Assembly: GCA_023129655.1 (NCBI GenBank)
Contig: JAGMBN010000002.1
Location: 1-34,495, forward strand
Source of the DNA: a bacterium
Lineage (GTDB): Bacteria; JAHJDO01
Direction of reading: 5' to 3'
DNA length: 34,495 bases
Below the pieces are notes generated by a model. That model had not been told where the DNA came from and did no database searches. It saw only the letters and a list, made by a program, of their open reading frames with translations. The translations under genes and the position numbers were made by a program. Positions 27,838 to 34,495 of this stretch are shown here, piece after piece; the first letter of the stretch is position 1; every line of letters begins with the position of its first letter.

Positions 27838-28170
27838 ATGGCTAAAGAACATAATTATATTAAAAAAGGCGATCAGGTTGTTGTTATAGCAGGGAAGGAC
27901 AGTGGAAAGACAGGTCGCGTATTGCGTGTGTTTCCGAAAAAGCTGAAAGCTATTGTGGAGAGAGTGAATTTTGTTAAGAAACATACAAAGCCTTCACAAC
28001 AGAATCAAAAAGGCGGAATAATAGAAAAAGAGGCGCCTTTGCATGTGTCCAATTTGTTGTTATACTGCGCGCGATGTGAAAAAGGGGCTAGGATCGGATT
28101 TAAAATATTGGAAAATAAAACTAAAGTGAGATATTGCAAACGCTGCAATGAATTAATGGATAAAAGTTAA
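27838..28170 (+). CDS. rplX: 50S ribosomal protein L24 (Cys4 form)
   Basis: 110-aa ORF with KKGDQVVVIAGKDSGKTGRVLRVFPK, plus CARC...CKRC. Confidence 0.95.
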   Translation: MAKEHNYIKKGDQVVVIAGKDSGKTGRVLRVFPKKLKAIVERVNFVKKHTKPSQQNQKGGIIEKEAPLHVSNLLLYCARCEKGARIGFKILENKTKVRYCKRCNELMDKS

Positions 28171-28173
28171 AAG

Positions 28174-28719
28174 ATGACACGATTAGAGAAGAAATATAAA
28201 GAAGACGTAATATCCCAAATGATGAAGAAGTTTGGGTATAAAAATAAACTGCAGGTCCCGAAATTGGAAAAGATTGTGCTTAATACATGTCTGAAAGAGG
28301 CTATAGAGAATAAGAAGGTTTTGGATGTTGCCTGTTTAGAACTTGGAGCAATAACAGGACAAAAACCGATTATTACAAAGGCAAAGAAGTCTGTAGCAGG
28401 ATTTAAACTCAGGACCGAAATGCCAATAGGCGCTAAGGTAACTCTACGGCGAGATAAAATGCATGAGTTTCTTGATCGCTTGTTAAATATAACTCTGCCG
28501 CGTATAAGGGATTTTAGGGGAGTTTCTCCGAAATCTTTTGATGTTAGCGGAAACTATACATTGGGCATTAAGGAACAAATTATATTCCCGGAGATAGATG
28601 TTGATAAAACAGAGAAAGTACATGGTTTAGATATTACAATTGTAACCAGCGCAAAAACTCCTGACGAAGGAAGAGAGTTGTTAGGATTATTGGGTATGCC
28701 TTTTACTAGAAATGTTTAG
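28174..28719 (+). CDS. rplE: 50S ribosomal protein L5
   Basis: 181-aa ORF with [21 protein letters not shown] and [16 protein letters not shown]. Confidence 0.96.
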   Translation: MTRLEKKYKEDVISQMMKKFGYKNKLQVPKLEKIVLNTCLKEAIENKKVLDVACLELGAITGQKPIITKAKKSVAGFKLRTEMPIGAKVTLRRDKMHEFLDRLLNITLPRIRDFRGVSPKSFDVSGNYTLGIKEQIIFPEIDVDKTEKVHGLDITIVTSAKTPDEGRELLGLLGMPFTRNV

Positions 28720-28780
28720 AATTTTGAGAATTGAGATTTTAGATTTGTTTAGGATTTAGATATTAGAATTTAGGATTTGG
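28716..28780. repeat. AT-rich microrepeat tract, about six TAG(R)AT(T)T units, in the rplE-rpsZ spacer
   Basis: tagaattt, tagatttg, taggattt, tagatatt, tagaattt and taggattt read between 28717 and 28778. It shares the 9-mer GGATTTAGA with the rplJ leader (1340-1348). Confidence 0.55.
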
Positions 28781-28789
28781 GAGAAATGT

Positions 28790-28975
28790 ATGGCGAGAAA
28801 AGCGCTTATAGCAAAAGCTAAAAGAGAGCCGAAATATAAAGTGCGAAGGTACAATAGGTGCAGTTTGTGCGGAAGACCGCGGGGATATATAAGAAAATTC
28901 GGATTGTGTAGAATATGCTTTAGAAAATTAGCTCTAAGCGGAAAACTGCCCGGAGTTATAAAAGCCAGTTGGTAA
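28790..28975 (+). CDS. rpsZ: 30S ribosomal protein S14 type Z (zinc-binding)
   Basis: 61-aa ORF with [22 protein letters not shown] (CxxC...CxxC). Confidence 0.96.
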   Translation: MARKALIAKAKREPKYKVRRYNRCSLCGRPRGYIRKFGLCRICFRKLALSGKLPGVIKASW

Positions 28976-28990
28976 TTTGGGAGGATAAAA

Positions 28991-29386
28991 ATGCCTGTAA
29001 CAGATCCAATATCAGATATGCTTACATCCATTAGAAATGCTTATATGGTTCATAAAGGTTGTTTATCTGTATCTGCTTCTACATTGAAGGTGGATATAGT
29101 AGGTATCCTAAAAAAAGAAGGGTTCATTCAGGATTATAAAGTTGAGGCCAATAATAGCCATAAAATTATAGAAATAGATCTGCGCTATTATAAAAAAGAA
29201 CCTATGGTAAGAGGTTTGGAAAGAGTAAGCAAACCAGGTCTGCGTATATATGTACCTGCTTCTAAAATCCCCAGAGTAAAGAGAGGCTCAGGAATAGCTA
29301 TCCTATCTACTTCAGAAGGCATAATGACTGATAAGGAATGTCGGGTAAAGAAAATCGGAGGCGAGGTTATTTGTTATGCATGGTAA
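28991..29386 (+). CDS. rpsH: 30S ribosomal protein S8
   Basis: 131-aa ORF with DPISDMLTSIRNA and GIAILSTSEGIMTDKE. Confidence 0.96.
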   Translation: MPVTDPISDMLTSIRNAYMVHKGCLSVSASTLKVDIVGILKKEGFIQDYKVEANNSHKIIEIDLRYYKKEPMVRGLERVSKPGLRIYVPASKIPRVKRGSGIAILSTSEGIMTDKECRVKKIGGEVICYAW

Positions 29387-31616
29387 CTGCTTGACTAAAA
29401 TAGAAAAAGCCTCAGGGAAAAATTTGTGGTATGAGACAAAATTGAGAAGGATGATGACTGGCTGGAGTTTTCCAGACAGAGATCAACTAAAAAACTATAA
29501 TATGTCATTAGAAGGGTACGAAAAATTAGAAAAAATAATAAATAATAATCTTGATGCGAAAAAGATGGTAAGTAAATTAAAGGAAATTGATGCTGAAGTA
29601 TTTTATTTTCATGCTAAATCACATAGTGGAAATGCCTGGTATAACACGAGGATTGGACATAAACATTCAGCATTGAGAGGAAGAGATTTTGTAGCCGAAT
29701 TAGTCAGAGAATGCAGGAAGAATGACATCTCTCCTGTCTGTATGCTTCAGGTAACAACTGATGTGAGAGTATATGATGAGCATTCTAAGTATAGAAAAGT
29801 GAGTAATAAAGGGATCTCTTTTAGACCATATGTATGCATAAACAATCCTTCATGGAGAAAAAAAGTTTTATCACAGATAGAAGAGATAGTTGCTAATTAC
29901 GATATTGATGGGATCTTGTTGGATGAGTTTGATTTTTCCCATTTCAACGTAAAAGATATTATGTGTTATTGTCTACATTGCCAAAAGATGTTTAGAGCGA
30001 AGTATGGTAGCGATATTCCCAAAGAACCAGCATGGGATAGTTCCCTATGGAAGCATTTTGTCTTATGGAGATATGAAGTAGTTGCAGATTTTCTTAGAGA
30101 GGTAAGAAAGCTTATTAAAAAAATAAAACCTAAAGTTTCACTTAGCCTGATATCTTACGCACACAGTTGGACTAACTGGAGCTTAGGACAGGCTACCGAA
30201 CTTTGCGCGCAGCATCTTGACTATCTTTGCGTGGATACTCATGGATGTTTAAATCTTAGCCAAACAGCTCGGTTCTTTCGTGCATTTAGCAAAGGGAAAC
30301 CAGAGCTTATAATATGGGGTACCTCCAATTTTGGTGGTGTGCGAGATAGAATGCTAATAAAGCCATATCCTGAATATATGACCGAAGCGATGACCATTAT
30401 TGCAAATGGTTTATCTTTAGGGATAGATATATGTTATCAGCCTATTCATGAGAAAGGCATTTGGGACTCCAATATAATGAAGATGAGTAGTAACATAATG
30501 AAAGAGATAGGAAAAAGAGAGAAATACCTAAGCAATGATATGATTCCCCTGTCCGATACAGCTTTATACTATTCAGAGAACTCAAGAGATTTTTACGCTA
30601 AGGATACGCCACAAAAATATTTTAATTCGTACATGGGGACATATAAAGCATTGTTAGAAAAACAGGTGCTTTTTGATATTATTGGCGATAGACACCTAAA
30701 TCAGAAGACGCTGAAGAAATATAAGGCGATAATTTTACCATCCGCAGTTTGTTTATCCAATACTCAGATAGAAAACATAACTACATATGTAGAAAACGGT
30801 GGTGGGTTAGTAGCCACCTATAAAACATCCCTATGCAATGAAATGGGAAATAAGCAGGGTAATTTTGGTTTATCTAAATTATTTGGAGTTGATTATAAAT
30901 CAGAAGGCTCCAGAGGCGATTATAAACTTTTTGGAAAGGATAATACTTCTGAGCACTGGTATTTAAAGATGGAATCCAACTGTCATATAAGTAAGTATTT
31001 GGAGCAGATCTGTGTTTTACGGACTCCAACGACTATAGTCAAAGCACTTGATGGCACTAAAGTTATGGGCGAGTTTTGTCAGGGGAAAGCTGTAGACATC
31101 TGTGGAGGGATGATGATTTCCCCATTTATAGGAAACGTTACAATACACCCTGCAGTCGTGGCTAATAAGGTTGGTAAAGGAAGAGTAGTATATATAGCAG
31201 CAAAATTAGGGAGTCTTTATGGAACAACTGGGCATCCATATGCGCAAGCACTTTTAGTTAATGCACTTAACTGGGCTACTAAAGGAGTAAAAGAAGTAAA
31301 AGTTAATGCGCCAAGGGGTATAGAGGTCACAGCATTTAAACAAATGAATGGCAAGAAAATAATTGTTCATTTAGTAAATCTTCAGTCTGTTCCTTTACGA
31401 GTTACCAACTATAGAGATAACAGTTCAGTCCAGGATATTTTACCTATACACAGTATTGAGATGAAAATTCAGATAGAAAAATGTAGAAGAGTAAAAAGTG
31501 TCTATCTTGTCCCAGGAAAAACAAAAATAGATTATAAATTTTGCAACAAAAATACCATTGAGTTGATAGTTCCGGAGGTAAAAATTCATATAATGGTAAT
31601 AATAGAATTAATTTAG
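29376..31616 (+). CDS. Putative glycoside-hydrolase-like TIM-barrel protein (GHL6-like) with a GH42-type trimerisation/GATase-like domain
   Basis: 746-aa ORF. Its start overlaps the last 11 nt of rpsH. FYFHAKSHSGNAWYNTRIGHKH...RDFVAELVRECRKNDI...VCINNPSWRKKVLSQIEEIVANYDIDGILLDEF and CYCLHCQKMF fit my recollection of GHL6. KKYKAIILPSAVCLSNTQIENITTYVENGGGLVATY fits a beta-galactosidase trimerisation-like domain. No signal peptide. Confidence 0.45.
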   Translation: MHGNCLTKIEKASGKNLWYETKLRRMMTGWSFPDRDQLKNYNMSLEGYEKLEKIINNNLDAKKMVSKLKEIDAEVFYFHAKSHSGNAWYNTRIGHKHSALRGRDFVAELVRECRKNDISPVCMLQVTTDVRVYDEHSKYRKVSNKGISFRPYVCINNPSWRKKVLSQIEEIVANYDIDGILLDEFDFSHFNVKDIMCYCLHCQKMFRAKYGSDIPKEPAWDSSLWKHFVLWRYEVVADFLREVRKLIKKIKPKVSLSLISYAHSWTNWSLGQATELCAQHLDYLCVDTHGCLNLSQTARFFRAFSKGKPELIIWGTSNFGGVRDRMLIKPYPEYMTEAMTIIANGLSLGIDICYQPIHEKGIWDSNIMKMSSNIMKEIGKREKYLSNDMIPLSDTALYYSENSRDFYAKDTPQKYFNSYMGTYKALLEKQVLFDIIGDRHLNQKTLKKYKAIILPSAVCLSNTQIENITTYVENGGGLVATYKTSLCNEMGNKQGNFGLSKLFGVDYKSEGSRGDYKLFGKDNTSEHWYLKMESNCHISKYLEQICVLRTPTTIVKALDGTKVMGEFCQGKAVDICGGMMISPFIGNVTIHPAVVANKVGKGRVVYIAAKLGSLYGTTGHPYAQALLVNALNWATKGVKEVKVNAPRGIEVTAFKQMNGKKIIVHLVNLQSVPLRVTNYRDNSSVQDILPIHSIEMKIQIEKCRRVKSVYLVPGKTKIDYKFCNKNTIELIVPEVKIHIMVIIELI

Positions 31617-32376
31617 CTGTGGAGGACACTATAATACTTTTCTCGGGAGAATGAATAAAATGCTAAAAACCATTACAAAGCCAGAACAAAAAGCATTAAG
31701 AGAATTCAAGAGGCTTTTAGGGGAATCTTTGCCTGAAGAGATAGTGCTAATGAAGCTTTTTGGTTCTAAGGCGCGCGGGGATGCGCGAAAGGATTCTGAT
31801 ATTGACGTGTTGGTTGTGACCAAAAGCGATGATTGGCGTATGTGCGATGTGGCTTGTGGTATAGCTACTGATATACTTCTTGAAAATGATATTCTAATTT
31901 CTCCAAAAGTAATAGGAAAAAGTCATTATGACTATATTAACAATTTACAAACACCGTTTATCAAAAACGTCAATAGGGAAGGTATTGCTTTATGAATGAG
32001 AAACTGCGGCAACTTATAGATGGAGAAATGACTAGAGCTGATAGTGCGCTTGTGGCTTCGAAAGTGCTTTTTGAGAAAGAATTACTTGAAGATGCTGTTT
32101 CAAGAGCGTATTATGCGTCGCTTCATGTAGCTAAAGCAGCTTTGTTGTCAAAAGGAATAGAGACATCAAGTCATAGAGGCGTGCTTTCTATGTTTGGCTT
32201 GCATCTTGTTAAGTCAGGCGATATTGAAATAGAATACGCTAAAATGTTAGCCGTTGAGAAAGAAGACAGAGAGATAGGTGATTATGATATTACGGTAGAA
32301 ATAAGTGAGGAAAGAGCCGAAGAAAGAGTAGAAGAAGCTGAAAAATTTGTTGAAAGGATAAAGAGGTTTCTAAAGC
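29387..32376 (+). other. Accessory island C inserted between rpsH and rplF (GHL6-like gene plus MNT-HEPN pair)
   Basis: rpsH and rplF are normally adjacent. Here 3.0 kb of non-ribosomal sequence separates them. Confidence 0.75.
31651..31995 (+). CDS. Minimal nucleotidyltransferase (MNT) antitoxin
   Basis: 114-aa ORF with the G-S...D-x-D motif (LFGSKARGDARKDSDIDVLVV). Its stop overlaps the HEPN start (ATGA). An alternative start is the ATG at 31660. Confidence 0.8.
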   Translation: MNKMLKTITKPEQKALREFKRLLGESLPEEIVLMKLFGSKARGDARKDSDIDVLVVTKSDDWRMCDVACGIATDILLENDILISPKVIGKSHYDYINNLQTPFIKNVNREGIAL

Positions 32377-32384
32377 ATGTCTAG
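31992..32384 (+). CDS. HEPN-domain protein (toxin partner of MNT)
   Basis: 130-aa helical ORF with RAYYASLHVAKAALLSKGIETSSHRGVLSMF and EDREIGDYD, typical of PF05168-type HEPN proteins. It overlaps the rplF start by 8 nt. Confidence 0.75.
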   Translation: MNEKLRQLIDGEMTRADSALVASKVLFEKELLEDAVSRAYYASLHVAKAALLSKGIETSSHRGVLSMFGLHLVKSGDIEIEYAKMLAVEKEDREIGDYDITVEISEERAEERVEEAEKFVERIKRFLKHV

Positions 32385-32925
32385 AATAGGAAAAATGCCG
32401 ATAGATATCCCAGAAGGGGTTAGAGTAGATATAAATGGGAAACTGGTCAAGATTAATGGACATAAAGGCGCTCTTGAACATAAGTTAGATGCAGATGTGT
32501 CTGCAGTTGTAGAGGATAATAAGATTATTGTAAAGAGGGGCTCAGATAGCAAATCAGCAAGGGCAAAACATGGATTAAATAGAGCTTTAATTGCCAATAT
32601 GGTGACAGGAGTAACTACAGGATTTGAAAAAATTCTGGAGATCAAAGGGGTGGGATATAGAGCTCAAGTACAGGGGCAAAAGTTGCAGTTGCAATTGGGA
32701 TTTTCGCATCCTGTAATGTATGAGATTCCATCAAATATAGAAATTGAAGTAAGAAAAAATAATCAGATTGTGGTGAAAGGAATTGATAAACAGTTGGTAG
32801 GCGAGGTGGCTGTTGCAATTAGAAATATGAAAAAGCCTGAGCCATATAAAGGAAAGGGGATCCGCTACTTAGGCGAATATGTTAAGCATAAGGTTGGTAA
32901 GACAGCTGCAACCACTGGAGCGTAG
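32377..32925 (+). CDS. rplF: 50S ribosomal protein L6
   Basis: 182-aa ORF with MSRIGKMPIDIPEGV and KGVGYRAQVQGQKLQLQLGFSHPV. Confidence 0.96.
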   Translation: MSRIGKMPIDIPEGVRVDINGKLVKINGHKGALEHKLDADVSAVVEDNKIIVKRGSDSKSARAKHGLNRALIANMVTGVTTGFEKILEIKGVGYRAQVQGQKLQLQLGFSHPVMYEIPSNIEIEVRKNNQIVVKGIDKQLVGEVAVAIRNMKKPEPYKGKGIRYLGEYVKHKVGKTAATTGA

Positions 32926-32943
32926 GCATAAAGGATACTGCTG

Positions 32944-33297
32944 ATGAAATTAGAGGGTAGAGCTAAAAGACATAGAAGAGTAAGAAAAAAAGTTGCCGGT
33001 ACATTTCAAAGACCAAGATTGAGTGTGTTTAGAAGTTTAAAACACATATATGTTCAATTAGTTGATGATGAGAATGCGAAGACGCTGCTTTCAGTATCAA
33101 CTCGTTCAAAAGACTGTATGGGAAAAATAAAGTATGGAGGAAACATAGCGGCAGCAAAAGTTGTAGGAAAGATGCTTGGAGAGATTGCATTGAATAATAA
33201 GATTATAAATGTTGTATTTGATAAGGGCGGATATTTATATCATGGCCGCATAAAGGCTTTAGCGGACGCGGCAAGAGGAGCCGGGCTCAAGTTTTAG
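32944..33297 (+). CDS. rplR: 50S ribosomal protein L18
   Basis: 117-aa ORF with RHRRVRKKVAGT..RPRLSVFRSLKHIYVQLVDD and FDKGGYLYHGRIKALADAAR. Confidence 0.96.
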   Translation: MKLEGRAKRHRRVRKKVAGTFQRPRLSVFRSLKHIYVQLVDDENAKTLLSVSTRSKDCMGKIKYGGNIAAAKVVGKMLGEIALNNKIINVVFDKGGYLYHGRIKALADAARGAGLKF

Positions 33298-33315
33298 CGT
33301 GAGGAGGGAACAAGT

Positions 33316-33807
33316 TTGGTAGAAAGTAGAATAAAAAAAGATGTGGACGCTCAGGAACTAGTAGAGCGGGTTGTGAATGTAAATAGAGTTGGTAAGGTTG
33401 TAAAGGGCGGAAGAAAGTTTGGTTTTAGCAGTCTGGCTGTAGTAGGGGACGGAAATGGAAAAGTAGGATATGGCATAGGTAAAGCAAACGCAGTACCTGA
33501 GTCAATAAAAAAGGCTGTCCAATCAGCAAAGAGGAATATGATAGATGTTTTAATTATAGATACAACGATCCCGTTTGAAATAGTAGGCCATTATGATGCA
33601 GCAAGAATTATGTTAAAACCTGCTTCAAAGGGAACTGGTGTAATTGCAGGAAGTGCGGTTAGGGCTGTATTGGAAGCGGTTGGTATTCAAAATGCTTTGA
33701 CAAAATGTTTGGGATCCAATAACTCGATAAATGTTGTTAGAGCAACAATAGAAGGTTTGAAAAATATATCAGAGATTTATGAGTTATCAAAGAAAAGGCA
33801 TAGATAA
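33316..33807 (+). CDS. rpsE: 30S ribosomal protein S5 (TTG start)
   Basis: 163-aa ORF with VNRVGKVVKGGRKFGFSSLAVVGDGNGKVGYGIGKA. GAGGAGGG SD at 33301-33308. Confidence 0.95.
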   Translation: MVESRIKKDVDAQELVERVVNVNRVGKVVKGGRKFGFSSLAVVGDGNGKVGYGIGKANAVPESIKKAVQSAKRNMIDVLIIDTTIPFEIVGHYDAARIMLKPASKGTGVIAGSAVRAVLEAVGIQNALTKCLGSNNSINVVRATIEGLKNISEIYELSKKRHR

Positions 33808-34248
33808 ATGATATTAGGCAATTTGAAAGTTCCTAAGGGCGCTAAGAAGAGGAAGAAAATAGTTGGACGCGGTAATGGTTCAGGTCATGGGAAAACTGCC
33901 TGCAGGGGGAGCAAGGGACAGAGATCAAGATCCGGCGGTGGGGTTCGACGTGGTTTTGAAGGCGGTCAAATGCCTCTCTATCGCAGAGTACCAAAAAGGG
34001 GATTTACTAACCGCTCAAGAGAAAAAATAGTAATTATAAATATAGAGAGATTGAATTGTTTTAAGGATGGTTCGGTTGTGAATCTTGGGAGTCTTACAGA
34101 AAAAGAGCTGTTAAAGTCTCAGGATGCTTTAGTCAAAATTTTAGGTATTGGAGAGTTAAAGAAAAAGTTAAATGTAAAAGCGCATAGCTTTAGTAAGAGC
34201 GCTATTAAGAAGATTATTGATGCCGGAGGAACTGCAGAGGTTATATAA
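33808..34248 (+). CDS. rplO: 50S ribosomal protein L15
   Basis: 146-aa ORF with GRGNGSGHGKTACRGSKGQRSRSGGGVRRGFEGGQMPLYRRVPKRGF. It starts immediately after rpsE, so there is no rpmD. Confidence 0.95.
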   Translation: MILGNLKVPKGAKKRKKIVGRGNGSGHGKTACRGSKGQRSRSGGGVRRGFEGGQMPLYRRVPKRGFTNRSREKIVIINIERLNCFKDGSVVNLGSLTEKELLKSQDALVKILGIGELKKKLNVKAHSFSKSAIKKIIDAGGTAEVI

Positions 34249-34495
34249 TGCTGTCGGGATTTCGAGATATATTTAGAATACCGGAATTAAAAAAGCGAGT
34301 TTTGTTTACTTTGTCTATTATAGCTGTTTTTAGAATAGGCGCTTTTGTCCCAACGCCAGGTATAGATACCAGCGCATTAGTTGAATATTTTGCTAGAATG
34401 CAGGGCACTCTCTTTGGAATGGCAGATATGTTTTCAGGTGGCGCTTTGCGGAAACTGTCTATATTCGCCCTGGGCATAATGCCGTATATCAGCGC
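34248..34495 (+). CDS. secY: Preprotein translocase SecY, 5' partial (runs off the window)
   Basis: Not in the ORF track because no stop is reached. The ATG at 34248 overlaps the rplO stop (TAATG). My own translation (MLSGFRDIFRIPELKKRVLFTLSIIAVFRIGAFVPTPGID...LSIFALGIMPYIS) matches the SecY N-terminus. Confidence 0.9.
   Translation, partial: MLSGFRDIFRIPELKKRVLFTLSIIAVFRIGAFVPTPGIDTSALVEYFARMQGTLFGMADMFSGGALRKLSIFALGIMPYIS

Noticed and set aside
28716-28780. Possible CRISPR-like or tandem array in the rplE-rpsZ spacer
   Set aside because: The units are only about 8 nt, degenerate and contiguous, with no spacers. This is not a CRISPR array.
1-34495. Alternative genetic code (UGA reassignment), as in some candidate phyla
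   Set aside because: TGA terminates conserved genes at their expected lengths (for example rplD and the RHS gene just before its overlapping partner), and Trp is encoded by TGG in conserved motifs. The standard code fits.

Overview
One co-directional (+ strand) gene array from a low-GC bacterium that uses the standard genetic code and is probably uncultivated. Backbone order: rplA-rplJ-rplL, a single fused rpoB-rpoC ORF (2619 aa), rpsL-rpsG-tuf (no fusA), then the S10/spc ribosomal clusters through rplO (no rpmD) and the 5' end of secY. That gives 25 ribosomal protein genes. This normally invariant super-operon is interrupted by accessory cargo dominated by toxin-type modules. A nucleotidyltransferase-fold gene abuts rplA where rplK is expected. 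Island A (rplD|rplW) holds a palindromic repeat cluster, a DUF2283-type toxin-antitoxin (TA) pair and a secreted pseudopilin-like/secretin-N-like chimera. Island B (rplP|rpmC, 8.1 kb) holds a 1720-aa RHS polymorphic toxin (signal peptide, LamG domain) with an unrecognisable membrane-type C-terminal tip, a 2-TM immunity candidate and a truncated RHS paralog. Island C (rpsH|rplF) holds a GHL6-like glycoside-hydrolase-like gene and an MNT-HEPN pair. All cargo is co-oriented and stop/start-coupled to the flanking ribosomal genes. Island B is bounded by a perfect 22-bp direct repeat of the rpmC initiation region, so the RHS gene begins with the first 7 codons of L29. Weaker echoes of rplF and rplW 5' ends sit at the left edges of islands C and A. 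Other oddities: S12 carries Ser at the streptomycin/accuracy positions 86 and 88, EF-Tu has a Cys4 motif, L7/L12 has an N-terminal extension, the rplJ leader has a possible anti-SD switch, and several short palindromic repeat families are dispersed through the window. All family assignments come from motif recognition by eye; no database search was possible.
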